Below, piece after piece: positions 11,640-25,600 of a stretch of 64,000 nt of DNA. The notes beneath the pieces were generated by a model. That model saw nothing but the letters and a program-made list of their open reading frames with translations, was not told where the DNA came from and ran no database searches. The stretch comes from Mobula birostris (Eukaryota), in NCBI RefSeq assembly GCF_030028105.1, contig NC_092395.1, positions 43,614,459 through 43,678,458 on the forward strand, in the 5' to 3' direction. Within the stretch, counting starts at the first letter, position 1; every line of letters begins with the position of its first letter. The position numbers were made by a program, and so were the translations under genes.

Positions 11640-13040
11640 TTCCCTTGTGACTCTCTTTTGTAAAATAAAATCATTTAAAATCTGAGGACAATGACATGCA
11701 AGGTAGGACATCATGAATACCTGAAGGTGATGTACCAGATCTACAGGACAGCTACAAATACCTGGATATCCTGCAGATGCATGGAAGCCACAATGAGGAC
11801 ACAAGGAAGGCTGCAACATCCAAGTACCTCCAAAGAATGAGATAGGTCCTTAAGAGCCAGCTGATTGGCAAGAACATGTTCAGAGTCATCAACACATTTG
11901 CCCTGCCAGTCATCAGATACTCAGCTGCAATAATGTGCTGGCCAAGGAACGAGCTGGAAGCCAGTGACATGAAGACCCAGAAACAACCAACAATACATGG
12001 AGGCTTTCTCTCAATGTCTAACACTGAGCGACTGCACACCTACTGGAATAAAGGGGGATGAGGTCTTGGAATTGTCAAGGTTACAGTCCTGGAGGAAATG
12101 TGAAACTTCTGTGAGTATGTCAGGAAGATGGCCCTTAAGGATGACCTGCTTAGAGAATACCTCAGGCAGCAGGCTGGGGACATGGGTGAAGCAGAACCAG
12201 AGCACCAGAGGCCATGGCAGGACAAGTCGCTGCATAGGACGTACCATCCCCAGATATCAGTGGTGGCTGACATAAGAAAGTCCTACCAATGGCTGGAAAT
12301 GGCAGGGCTGACCCAGCACAGAGGTGCTGCTCATGGCTGCACAAGAACAGACACTGAACACAAGAGCAATAGAAGCAGGGGTCGATTAAACCAAACAAGA
12401 CTCAAGATGCAGACTGTGGAAGGAATCCACTGAAACATCCAGCACATAGTAGCAGAGTGTAAGATGCAGACAGGGCAGCATACACAGTCAAGTTGCAGGA
12501 ATTGTGTACAGGAACATCTGCACTGAGAATAGATTGGACACCCGCAAGATCAAATGAGGAACACCTGAGAAGATAATGGAGAATGACAGAGCTGAGATCC
12601 TGTGAGACTTCCAAATATAGACTGATGAGCAGGTATTGGCCAAGCAACCAGACATAGTAATACAGGACAAGGAACAGGAGAAAGCAATGCTAATAGATGT
12701 GGCACTCCCGAATGACGGTACAATCAGGAAGAAAGAATATGAGAAGCTGGAGAAATACCAGGGCTTGAAAGAGCAGATACAAACAACATGGAAGGTTAAA
12801 GCCAGAGTAATTCTGCTGGTGATGGGTACACTTGGAGCTGTGACACCTGGACTGGGAGAGTGGCTCCAAACAATCCCAAGAACAACATCTGATATGTCTG
12901 TCCAGAAGAGTGCACGACTAGGGACGGCAAGGATACTGTGCCAAACCCTCAAGCCCCCAGGCCTCTGGTAGATGACCCAAGATTGAGGGAGAAATACACA
13001 TACACACCACCCATAGCAGGTGGGAACAAATATGTGCCTC
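11640..13040 (+). mobile_element. R4/Dong (Rex6-like) non-LTR retrotransposon 3' part
   Basis: RT C-terminus PVIRYSAAI..W; CCHC remnant CRL..ETxxHIVAEC; restriction-like endonuclease QPDIVI..LIDVALP..KLEKY..LVMGTLG (ORF 12636-12971). Only in copy A. Confidence 0.8.
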
Positions 13041-14059
13041 TCGTTGAAATTTATCATTTATTAAATTATTATGGAACGTAACGCAGCGTTGCCGCAAAAC
13101 ATCCAATTTCATAACGTATGTCAGTGATATTAAATATAACTCTGATTCCGAAACATTCCCCTTAAAGAAAATACTGCCACAAAATGTTTAACATGGAAAC
13201 TTACTGTAAATATAAGTGAACACTTCAGTTATTGTTCAGACAATATTACTGTTTGTTTCCAATATTTCAATCATAAATTATCCGGTTTCACTCTATAGAG
13301 TCCGATATTTCAATAGTACAAATACACTAATACGATCTGACAATAATATTCCAACTTGTTATCAATGAACTGTAGAATATTAAGACCCAAAATTCTAGTC
13401 ATTGATAAAATTTAACCGAGATTTTCTGATCCTTGGAATGAAAATTCTACTTTGAAAGCCAGCTGCACTCATTTCAATATAAAAAGTTTGACTGGGTGAG
13501 GCAAGGCTGCTGCGAGTTGGTTCTGCAGCAGTTTACACTGTGAATGGAGGAGACCTGGAATGTAACACAGTGAGAAAATATTCCATGGGAAATTGGATAT
13601 TATTGTTAATGTGGAAGAAACAACCCATTTTAATTATCAATTTTATAAATAAAAATAGCCCCGCTATAAAAAAAAGCTTTGGTTCAGTTTAGAGCAGCTG
13701 CTGCCTGGGTATGAAAACAGCAAACATCTGTGGCCACAGCAGGATATGAGCTGTTATTTTAACGAGAGGGACAGCCCAGAATGCTTACATTTGCCATTTC
13801 TACCAAATATCATAGTTCCTGTTCTACCTGGTATTATTTTAAGTATCTGTGAAGCACTTGACATTTAAAGGGACATTATCTCTGGTGCTACCCTTGAGTT
13901 ATGGCAGTGAGAACAAGAATTAATTCAGAAATTGTGCTATGTTGATTGTCAGAGCAAATTCACCCCACAGATTTGTTCACTGAATTCCAGGGGAAGAAAA
14001 TGTTCATGAGGTCTGATTGTTGATCTGTGCGACAGTCAGTTTACTCCCATTAAAGAGTT

Positions 14060-14640
14060 GTAGAATATGGCTTCTGTTCATTGCTATCTGCTTTACAACA
14101 ACCTGTTGATCACATCTACCAGTACGATCATTGACAGAAAAATCTTCCATATGTGGATTGGTGAGGTTGAGGTCAAGTATGTTTCTCTCTGCTGTTGCAC
14201 ATTCATTGCCTGCTGCAGGCTCTCACTCAAAGCTCTGTCCTTCAGGACCCGACCAACTTCGTCGTTGTTGGTGCAACCCAACCACTCTTGGTGACCGCCA
14301 TAGAAGTCCCAGTAAACATTCTGTGTTCTTGCTTCTGTTAGTACTTACTCTGTGTTGCTCAACATGGGGAACATCGATTCATCCGTGGAGGGAGGCCAGG
14401 AGATTGTAATCAGGAGGAGGTCTCCGTGTCCATGTTTCTCTTGATGTTATGAGACTTCACTGTGTCTGGCTTCAATGCTCAAGACACCAAGGGCACCTCT
14501 CCCCTGCTGGTACATCACTGTGCCCCCACTTCCAGAGAGTCCTTTAGGTAAATACACACCCAGGATGGTGAGAATGCCATTTTGTCTCTCCTGCTCCTGT
14601 CTGTTGCTGGAGCCACACTTTACACAATGTAATGTCAAAC
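14060..14640 (-). mobile_element. Old LINE endonuclease-region fragment
   Basis: Minus-strand remnant GGTVMY..LGVLSI..DLLLIT..PPSTDES..HQEWLG..GRVLKD. Confidence 0.5.
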
Positions 14641-15489
14641 AACCCAGAACCAGGACATCACTGCAGGATGATGGATTTCCAGCATCTGCAGCATATCTTG
14701 TGTTTATCATCATTGCAGAAGTTCCTCTGGGAAGTATACTCATCCCAACTGCTTCATCAGTGACCTTCCTCCCATCATAAAGTCAGCAGTGGGGTGTTCA
14801 CAGGCATTTGCAGAATGTTCAATTCCACTTGTAACCCCTCAGCTAATGCTTCACTCCCAGCCTGTATGCCACATGTTCTTTCTTCCTGATGTTACCGTCA
14901 ATCAGGATTGCAGTATCATGTCGGCAGACAAAGTCAAGCAAAGTTCCTCATTCAATTTGGTGGTATTTGTTCTAAATGGAGGAAGAAAGAATGGAATTTG
15001 TCCTATTATACATGACCAAGACCAAGAACCCCCAGGTGGACAATGATACTCCACTGGATTATATAATAAGTGTAGATGTGATGAAGTGGCTGGACCATAT
15101 TTCACAGGATTGACTCAAAGCAGATAATGGTTCCAAAGTGTTTGTAACAAGTGTTGACTGTTCACTCATTTCCTTAGACACTGCCTGACCTGCCGAGTTC
15201 CTCCAGCAATTTGTGAGTGTTGCTCTGTAGGTGAGCATGTTCTCCTATGAGATACCTGCTCATTATATTGATTGAGACCTGTGCCCATTGTGAAGCAAAA
15301 TGAGTGAAGTGTTTGGCTGGATCCACTACAAAAAGATTTCTGGAGATCTGGAAGGGAAAGTCTGTCCGACACAATGAAGGAAGGACACTTCATGGGGCAC
15401 TGGATCGGCAAGCATGGAGTAAGCTGAAGGTTAATTTCTGGGATGAGTGAGTTGCCTTTGTCCGGAGCAGAAAAACAATTTTTTAAAAA

Positions 15490-16010
15490 AGCCAGATGTT
15501 GGGGGAATTCAGCAGGTATAGCAGCATCTGTAGAGGGAAATGTACAGTAGACGTATTGGGTTGGGTCCTTTTATCTAGACTGAATGACAAGAGGGCAGAT
15601 GTCCAGTATAAAATGTTGAAGGGAAGGGGTGGAACTAGAGGTGGCAAGTGAGAAATGGATCAAAGTGAAGGATGGGGGTGACAGATAGATGGAGAAAGGG
15701 AAGGTGGAAATGATGACAAGGATTGGAGGTGATAGATGGAGGAAACCAGGGCTGAAGATAATGGAATCTGATTGGGGAAGTTGGGTGATGGAAACAAGTG
15801 AGGAAGATGGGGAGGGCAGATGGGAATGGTGAGGAAGGGGAGACGTAATGGAACAAGTGTATGGGTCATGGGCAGATGTAGTAGGTAGAGTGAGGGACAG
15901 AAATTGAGTGTTAGAAGGTAGGGAGAGCTTAGGAAAAATGGGTAGACCAGGCGAAGAAAAAGTAGGAAGAGAGGAGGAACAGTTGACTAGAAATTTGAGA
16001 ATTCAGTTCT
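15490..16010 (-). mobile_element. Penelope-like 3' region (purine-rich on plus) ending in a very degenerate hammerhead module
   Basis: Reverse complement gives a pyrimidine-rich tract followed by cagtc..aatacgtc tactgtac..gatgctgc..gctgaattccccc, the same module as at 41667-41841. Confidence 0.45.
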
Positions 16011-17014
16011 CATGCCATTAGGCTGTAGTCTACCCAGGTGGCATAGAAGGTGATGATCCTCTAGTTTGTGTTTAGCTTCGCCATGGAAGAGGCCGAGACT
16101 GAGCACAGACATGTCAGTGTAGGAACAGGCTTGAAAATTAAATAGATAACAACTGGGTGCTCTACATAGTTATGGCAGACAGAACACAAATGCTCAGGAA
16201 GCTGGTCATGCAGTTTGTGCCTTGTCTCACCAATATAGGAGTGGCCACGTTGGGAGAACCCAGATGGAATAATCTAGGCTGGAGGCTTTGGATGTGATTT
16301 TGCATTTGCATGTCTCACCAGGAACCAGGATGTCTAATCTCGAAAGTTACCCCCATCAGCAAGTCTATCAATTCACTCTTAGCTCCCCCCATTCCCAATA
16401 TTTATATTCCAACAAAAAATCATCAAATTTTCAATATGAGAAGATCAAAGTTTTAGGACAGAAAATCTGTGAACAAATGAAAATATGATTCAGTAAATTA
16501 TCAACTTAGGTCTATGCAAATTTCTTGAACATTTAAAATACATTCCTGGGATTTGGGCATCACTGTCAAGGCCAATATCAATTACCCATCCCTCATGGAG
16601 TGGTAGTGAACCATGGACTGGACTCGCTGCCAACCTTCTGAGAAGTTGCTCTCACAGTGACTTTGGGGAGGGTGTTCCAGCAGGTCAATTGAAAGACTGG
16701 CAATACATTCAGGCCAGGATGCCAGTTTGAGAGGGGGCCTGAGGAGGTGGTGATCTTCTGCATCGCCTGCACTTGTCATTCCTGGTGACCATGGCCACTG
16801 TTTGGGAGGTATAGTTGGAGGAGCTGAGTATATAACTTGAGATTTTCCACCCTTCAGCCACCCTGGGCAGTGGTGGATTGAGTGAATGTCTCAAGGAGTT
16901 ATTCCGGGAGGTGTGATCAAGAGGGCTACTGCGTCAAGGATGGCACTGAGGTTCTTTTGATTTATTGGGACTGTTATCAAACCAGTCAGTGGAGAGTACT
17001 CCAGGTATACATAT

Positions 17015-20000
17015 TATAAGACAATAGATAGAGGAACTGATTTAGCCCATTTGGACCATTAAGACTGCTCCGCCATTTCGTCATGGCTGATCCGTTATCC
17101 CTCTCAGCCCCAATCTCCTGCCTTCTCTCGTATCCCGTCATGCCCAGTCTATACAAGAATCTATCAATCTCTGCCTTAAAATATACCCAATCACTTGACT
17201 CTACAGCCACCTGTGGCAACAAATTCCATAGATTCACCACTCTCTGGCTACAAGTTCCTCCTCATGTGCATTTTAACAGAATGCTCCTCTATTCTGAGGA
17301 TGTGTCCCCTGGTCTTAGGCCCTCCATCATGGGAAACATCCTCTCCTCATCCACTCTATTAAACCCTTTCAACATCTGATAGGTTTCAATGAGGTCAACC
17401 CTCATTCTTTTGAATTCCTGTGAGTACAGGCCCAGAGCCATCAAAAGCTCTTCATATGACACATCTTTCAATCCCAGAATCACTTTCATGAACCTCCGTC
17501 GAACCCTCGCTAGTTTCAGCACATCCTTTCTTAGATAAAGGGCCCAAAGCTGCTTACAATACTCCAAGTGAGGCCTTACCAGTGCTTTATAAAGCCTCAG
17601 CGTTACATCCTTGCTTTTATATTCTCATCCTCTTGAAATGAATGCCAACATCACAGTAGCCTTCTTCACCATTGACTCAACCTACAAATTAACCTTCAGG
17701 AAACCCTGCACAAGGCATCTCAAGCCCCTTTGCATCTCATAATTTTGCATTTTCTCTCCATTTATAAAAATAGTCTATCCTTTTATTTCTTCTGACAACG
17801 TGCATGATCGTGCACTTCCCAAAACTGTATTCTATCTGCCACTTCTTTGCCCATCCTCCTAATCTGTCAAAGTCCTTCTGTAGCCCCTCTACTTCCTCAA
17901 ACCTACCTGCCCCTCAACCTATCTTTATATTGTCCATAAGCCTTGCCACAAAGCCAACAATTCTGTCATCCAAGTTATTGTTACATAACAGAAAAGCAGT
18001 GCCAACACATCCCATGTAGAGCACACATCGTCACTGGCAGCCAACCAGAAATGGCCTTCCTTTATTCCCACTTTTTGCCTGCTGCCAATCAGCCACTGCT
18101 TCTTCGTCTTCTTCTATTTCCAGCAGTTTGGACGCATCTAGGCGTATTACAGCCCTCCGCAGGATGTCTAACTAATTATGAACTTCAAGGAACTCAAATT
18201 CTCGAATATAACCTAGTCTCACTTATAAACTGAACGATAGACTCTTCAATCCGATGTTGGTTCTCTTGATGGCCAAACAGAGATTGAATAGAAAACCAAA
18301 ATAAATTTAAGCCAGATAGGCTCTTGAAAAATATGCTTCTTTCAATTTTGTATCAGTTACAGATCAGCAAAACATGCTGGACTGTCTCTGGACTACCACA
18401 GTCACATAATCCAGTAGGATGTTTTCCTATTATCTTTAAATAATAGTTTAGCCCACAATGCCCCAACCTAATTCTTGTTAATTTCACCATATCTCTACGA
18501 TTTATAAGGTAACAGTTTGAGACCTTCTTAACTAGTGGGTGACTAGAAAAATAATGCCTGCCCTTTAATCATTTTTTCCAATCTTCCTTCCACTTCCTCT
18601 CTATACCTTTTTTAATCCTACTTCTCAATTCTGCTCTGCCTAGGGGAACTCTAATTTCTACTTGCCTGCTCTATAAGGAAGTCTTTGCAATGCCATCCAT
18701 AATTTCATTTCCCTCTACCCCAGCATGCCCAGGTATCCATGAAAATCTAACGGTATAACCCATCTTCCCTACTCTAAAGAACACTAAGAGAATCTCAATA
18801 ACTGTGTCAGGACGAGCTTTTGATTTATTCCCTTTTATAGCCTCCAAGGCAGCAGCAGAATCGGAACAGATGATAACCCTACATGGTCGAGAGTCTTCTA
18901 TCCACCATAAGACCCAGAGGATTGCTAATAATTCTGTTGCAAAGACAGAAACACCATCTGAAACCCGGTGACTAATCTTAACTCCAAGTTGAGACACATA
19001 CATCCCAAATCCTGCCCTACTGCTCTCTGGGTCCACTGAACCACCAGTAAAAATCTTCAGATAAGATCCCCATTTTGTTATTTAAACATTAATTTGTGAT
19101 CAACACTGATGAAATTGCTCTGCTTCCTTGAAGCTGAAAAAGGAGGAATAGGTCTACTTCTGGTTCTAGCAAGAACCAAAAAGGGACAGGTGGCAAACAA
19201 ATTTGGTCAACTATGTCTTCCTCAGTCAGTTTCAATTTCACAGCCCAGTTATTAACCAAATCTAAAATTGGATATCTTTTAATTTTATTTTGGTGCTCCG
19301 ACTTCCCCTGCAAAAGACACTTTGACGGACAGCTGTGATTGAATCCATTTAGTTTTGCCCAATACTGCAGGCCAAACTGAATTCATCTTAAATGTAGAGA
19401 CACTTCTCCCATCCCCACACATAATGCCGGGACTGATGTTGTTCTAAAAGCTCCACAACAAAGTCTAAATGCTTTGGACTGCACAGTGTCTAGTTTTCCA
19501 AGCACTGCTGTAGCAGCAGAACCATAAGCAATATAACCATAATCTATAACTGATCTAGTCGTAGCTAGATATATTAAGTACATAGTTTCCTGCCCTGCTC
19601 CCCAGTCACATCCAGCAATACTTCTCAAAACATTTAAAACTTTTTTACACTTTCCAATTGTTTTATCTGTATGAACCTTCCAAGTAAATCTTTCATCAAA
19701 TCAGACACCTAAAAACTTGAATACCTTGACTTTTTCCAATGGAGAATCATATAGACACAATTCATAATCAGGAATCTTTCTTCTCAAGCTAAAAATCATA
19801 TACTTGGACTTAGAAACAGAAATCCTGAAACCCTATTTATTAGCCCAGTACTCAACTGATCTTAAAGCCTTTTGTACCTGCCCTAATATATACTTGATGT
19901 TTCTTCCTCTTTTCCAGATTGCACCATCGTCTGCAAATAATGATTTGCCAAATCTTGTCCCTACCTAATCAAAGATATCATTTATCATGACATTAAAAAG

Positions 20001-21070
20001 AACTGGACTAATGACACTTCCTTGAGGGGTACCATTACCTATTTTAACTGACTTGGAGCTTGTTCTGCCTATTCTTACTTGAATTGTCCTTTCCTTAAGG
20101 AAATCTTTGATCCAATTAAACATTCTACCTCCAATTACCGCATCATGGAGTTTAATTTATAAGCCCTCCTTCCATAGTGAATCGTATGCTCTTTCAATAT
20201 CTAGAAATACACTTAACATTACTTCTCTATTTTGAAATGCTTTTATAATATCATGATCTAAAAGGGCAACAGATTCCCATTGTTGATCTTCCAGTTCTAA
20301 AACTATTTTGATAGGCAGCAAAATGTCCCTTATTTTCCAAAAAGTAACAAGTCTGTTGGTGACCATCCATTCCGTAATTCAACAAAGAACTGACATTAAA
20401 GCTATAGGCCGATAAGAACTAGGACTAGACGTGTCCTCACCTGGCTTTAAAACTGGAACTACCACCGCATGCATCCATTCTGCTGGTAATATTCCTTCTT
20501 TCCACACTGAGTTAAACAATGCTAGTATTTCTATTAATACAGAGTCATCTAAATGCTTAAGCAATTCATAACACAGTTCATCCCTACCAGGAGACGTGTT
20601 TGAACCTGATTGGACAGCTTCCTGCAATTCCTGAAGGGAGAAAAGTGAATTTATGGAGCTATTATCATCCAAACTCCTGTCCAATTTCCAACTTTCCTTT
20701 AACATAATTTCCTTTCTCAAATCACCTAACTCTCCAGAACTGAGTAACGTTTGGAACACCTCTGCAAACATATCAACCTTTTCCTTATTGGTTACAGCTT
20801 CAATATCTCCTTCCAGCAAAGCTGGGATAGATGGTTTCCTACATATCTCTGACATTCTGTGAATGATCGTCCATAGCTGCTTTATAGCTGTCTCAGGGCT
20901 CAGGGTTCCACTGCTTTATCCATGCTAGTATCATTCCTAGTACCATGGACTCTGAGCTTGTTAAGCAGCCTCATGTGTGCACCTTGATCAATGCCTTCTG
21001 AAAGTCCAAATCCACGACATCCATCTATTCTCCATTGTCTATCCTGATTGTTTTTTCTTTAAAGAGTTCC
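17015..21070 (-). mobile_element. CR1 LINE 3' part, split by a Nimb insertion
   Basis: ORFs 16986-17240 and 17289-17567 (VVNLWNLLP, EYCKQLW..YLRKD); CR1 sequence resumes after 20916. Confidence 0.75.
18102..20907 (-). mobile_element. Nimb/I-group LINE (RT, RNase H, zinc knuckle), 5'-truncated
   Basis: RT SVFLDIERAYD and LFADDGA; RNase H ICSDSAAAL..WIPGHAGVEGNE (18671-19036); CDCGSPETVQHVLLIC; (GAA)-rich tail; 9-bp TSD ccactgctt at 18093-18101 and 20908-20916. Confidence 0.8.
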
Positions 21071-22689
21071 AGCAGAATTGTCAGACAAAATTTTCATTTG
21101 AGGACACCATGCTCACTATGGCCCATTTGATCATATCATGCCTGGATGTGCTGTGCGGACAGTGGAAGGACCGAGAGTTGTCACCACCATATAACAACCT
21201 TTGACCGAACCCTGTGTCTAAGCTATTTACCTGGTTGGACCATTTGAGCTTTTGAACAATGTTAACCCTCAGGATATTGATGGTGGAGGATTCAGCAATG
21301 TTACTGTCATTAAATGTCAAGGCTCTGTGGTGAGATTCTTTGTTCTTGGGGATTGTCATTGCCTGGCACAATAGGTTGCAAGTATCTCTTGCCACTTATC
21401 AGCATATGACTGAATCTTGTCAAGGACTAGATGGCCTACAGGCTGTGTCTGCAGCATTAGCCGAGGGGTTAAAAGTAAAATTGGCCATTCTGCTGCTAAG
21501 TTGGCAGAGTCATGACGCACAGGGATTGCAGACTGAGCCTGTGGCAGGAAGTGAATGAACAACAGCAGGGAGAAACATACCTGACCTCAGTCTCACCAAT
21601 CCACCTGTGACAGATGGGGCCTAATCCCATTTCTACATCGAGGACTCCTTCTGTTGTATGATGTTGTATGGCATCACAGACATGTTACAGAGAATAAATC
21701 CAGAACAGCTGACAGCTCAGTACGGGGCATCTCTGAGGCTCTCTAGACTATCAGCATCAGCAGAATTGTCCACCACCATAAGCTGTAACCTCACAGCCCA
21801 GCATATCCCTGAACCTCCTTCACTGTCAAGCCAGGGCATCTACTCCAGTTGAATGATGAGCACAGCAGGGGTTCTGGGAGCAGCACCAGCCAAACCCAAC
21901 ACTGATGTGGTCTCGGCATGGAGAAAACACAGCACCGCTTCATTTCTCTGTTCTTTTCATTGCAATAGAAAGGGAAACAGGCTCAGAAAATGTAATGGGA
22001 GTAAATTCACCATCACCCAATTAAACCCATCAGCTCTGATTAACATTTCCTTCCAAATTCAATGAATAAACCTGAGAGGTAAAGTTACTCAGACAACCAA
22101 CGTGACAGAATTTCTGAAGCAATTCTTGTTCTGAATGTCACAATTCCAGGAGAGCATCAAAGATAATGTCCCTTTAAACAGCCAGTGCCTGATCGATTCT
22201 TAAAGTAAAAAAGGGTAGAATAGAAACTACGATATTTGGGTATTGTCATATAAAAGGCAGATCATAACGTCTTGTCTCAGTTCTGGCCAGCCCCTCGCCT
22301 TAAAATAACAGCTCATTTCCTGCTGTGGCTGCAGATGATTTTTTTTCATGGTTAATTCAGGTTAGGTTTAAATCAGTGGTTGCTGGGCGGCACGGTACGA
22401 AGGTCTGGGAGGGCCAATTCCATGTGGAATGTCTAGATAAACAAAAATAAATAGACTTTGTAGACAGGTGTGTGTGAGATGAGCCTAGCGGAGATTGATT
22501 AACTTCGCTCGGTACTGGACTGCCAAGGATTGGCAGTTGGATGTCATGAGCAGCTTCATCGGGAAATACGTGTTTCATCAATTTAGAAGGTCTCTGGTTT
22601 TGTGCATTCACTGTGTGTCCTGCTACGTGTTTCCAGAACTTCCATAGAGAGTCAATTAACCTGCTGGCTCTGGAGCAAAACAATATAGA

Positions 22690-25600
22690 CCCTGCTTTTT
22701 ACCGTGGGCTCATAAATCAATGCTCCCTTGTCTTTGAATTACAGCGTGAAAGGTTCTCTCAGACAGAAGTAAGGTGGCCGAGATAATTTCCCTCCTCTCG
22801 GCCAGACCCTTTCATGGGCAAAAGCTTTATGGCAGAAAGATGCACCTGTGTGATCTGATATAAATTTCTTTCCAAGAGTGGAGGGGGCATTTGTCAACCT
22901 GCCGGGGGCTCAGAGACACCCAGCTGACTCCTCCAGCTGCATCAGGGTGTGCGAACCATGGCCGACTATTCTATTGATTTCCAAATCCTAGTGGCAGGGA
23001 GTGGTTTGGAGAATGGGAATTTGATTGCTCTATTCAGACTGGGATTAAATGACCTGCATTTAATATTCCTGCAACCAGGGTTCAGGGACAGTATCTGGAG
23101 GAATTTATAGACATGGCCATCAGAATTGACAACCATATTTCTGGAAGAAGAAAGGCGTGACGTGACACGACTGCGCAAGCATGTGGACATCAGCCAGTGA
23201 GAACAGCGAGAAGATTTTAAAAGGAGACAGCTTTTTTGAGATGGTGTTGGAGGAGAGGGAGACAGAGTAGAAGGGCTTTGGCTCAATGGGGCTTCAGCAA
23301 TAATGGGTTGAGGCGAGGTAGTTTTCTGTGTAGATTACAGACAGGAAGTATGTGTGTGAGGCCGGTGTTCTGTGCTCGGTGTCAGATGTGGGAAGTCCGG
23401 GAGACTCCCAGCCTCCCGGATGGCCACATCTGCACCAGATGCGTTGAGCTGCAGCTCCTTAGGGACCACATTAGGGAACTGGAGATGCAGCTCGATGACC
23501 TTTGTCTGGTCAGGGAGAGAGAGGAGGTGATAGATGCAGCTAGTCACACCGGGGCCTGGGGAGACAGATAAGTGGGTAACAGTCAGGAGAGGGAAGGGCT
23601 GGAGTCAGAGGCTAGAGAGCACCCCTGTGGTTGTACCCCTCAACAATAAGTACTACTAATTGATTACTGTTAGTGGGGATGGCCCACCTGGGGGAAGGAA
23701 CAGTGGCACAGAGTCTGGCCTGTGGCTCAGAAAGGTAGGGAAAGGAAGAGGATGGCATCTGTGATTGGGGACTCTATAGTTAGGGTGTCAGACAGGCGAT
23801 TCTGTGAACGCAGGAAAGAAGCACGGATGGTAGTTTGCCTCCCAGGTGCCAGAGTCTGGGATGTTTCTGATCGCATCCACGATATCCTGAAGTGGGAAGG
23901 TGAACAGCAAGAGGTCATGGTACGTATTGGTACCAACGACATAGGCAGAAAAAAGGAGGAGGTCCTGAAAGCTTCTACAGGGAGTTAGGAAGGAAGCTGA
24001 GAAGCAGGACCAAAAAGGTAGTCACCTTGGGATTACCACCTGTGACATGTGACAGTGAGTATAGGAATAGAGTAAGGTGGAAGATAAATACGTGGCTGAG
24101 GGATTGGAACAGGGGGCAGGGATTCAGATTTCTGCATCATTGGGACCTCTTTTGGGGCAGGAGTGACCTGTACAAAAAGGACAGGTTGCACTTGAATCTG
24201 ACAGGGACCAATCTCCTGGTGGGGAGGTTTGCTAAGGCTACTGGGGAGAGTTTAAACTAAGATTGCTGGGGAATGGGAACCAAACTGAAGAGACAGAGGA
24301 AGGGGCTGTTGGTTCACAAATGGAGGAAGCTTAGAGACAGTACAAGAGGGAGGATAGGCAGGTGATAGAGAAGGCATGTGTCTCTTTGAATGCAAGGAGT
24401 ATTATGAACAAAATGGATGAGCTTAGAGCATGGATCGGTACTTGGAGCTATGATGTTGTAGTCATTACAGAAACTTGGATGGCTCAGGGGCAGGAATGGT
24501 TACTTTAAGTGCCAGTCTTTAGATGTTTCAGAAAGGACAGGGAGGGAGGCAAAAGAGACGGAGGTGTGGCACTGTTGATCAGAGTTAGTGTCACAGCTGC
24601 AGAAAAGAAGGAAGATGTGGAGGGATTGTCAATGGAGTCTCTGTGGGTGGAAGTTAGGGACAGGAAAGAGTCAATAACTCTACTGGATGTTTTTTTTATA
24701 TACTACCCAATCGTAACAGGGACATCGGCGAGCAGATAGGGAGACAGTTTCTGGGAAAGTGTAACAATAACAGGGTTGTTGTGGTGGGAGATTTTAATTT
24801 CCCAAATATTGATTGACATGTCCCTAGAACGAGGGGTTTAGATGAAGTGGAGTTTTTTAGGTGTGTTCAAGAAAGTTTCTTGACACAATATATAGATATG
24901 CCTACAAGAGGAGAGGCTGTACTTGTATTGGGAAATGAACCTGGTCGGGGGTCAGATTTCTCAGTCAGAGAGCCTTTTGGAGATAGTGATCACAGTTCTA
25001 TCTCCTTCACCATAGCATTGGAGAGGGATAGGAACAGACAAGTTAGGGAAATGTTTAATTGGAGGAAGTGGAAATATGAGGTGTTCAGGCAGGAACTTGG
25101 AAGCATAAATTGGGAACAGATGTTCTCAAGGAAATGTACGGAAGAAAAGTGGCAAATGTTCAGGGGATATCCGCGTGGAATTCTGCATAGGTACATTCCA
25201 ATGAGACAGGGAAAGGATGGTAGGGTACAGGAACCGTGGTGTACAAAAGCTGTAGTAAATCTCGTCAAGAAGAAAAGAAGAGATTATGCAAGGTTCAAAA
25301 AACTAGGTAATGATAGAAATCTAGAAGATTATAAGGCTAGCAGGAAGGAGCTTAAGAAAGGAATTAGGAGAACCAGAAGGGGCCATGGGAAGGCCCTGGC
25401 AGACAGGATTAAGGGAAACCCCAAGGCATTCTACAAGTATGTGCAGAACAAGAGAATAAGACGTGAGAGATTAGGACCAATCAAGTGTGACAGTGGAAAG
25501 TGTGTATGGAACCGTAGGAGATAGCAGAGGTACTTAATGAGTACTTTGCTTCAATATTCACTGCAGAAAAGGATCTTGGCATTTGTTGGAATGACTTACA

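Larger units (their letters stand above)
1..13360. repeat. Segmental duplication, copy A (paralogous to about 40395-64000)
   Basis: Collinear same-orientation blocks: 1-3480 ~ 40395-43870; 4280-4545 ~ 44690-44955; 4660-6090 ~ 45710-46640; 7690-11560 ~ 54480-58190; 13050-13360 ~ 63750-64000. Two hand-aligned flank samples gave about 12-13% mismatches. True ends may lie outside the window. Confidence 0.9.

Noticed and set aside
14570-14625. Signal-peptide-like AILSLLLLSVAGAT as a leader for the 14885 remnant
   Set aside because: It is the antisense reading of a LINE endonuclease fragment.
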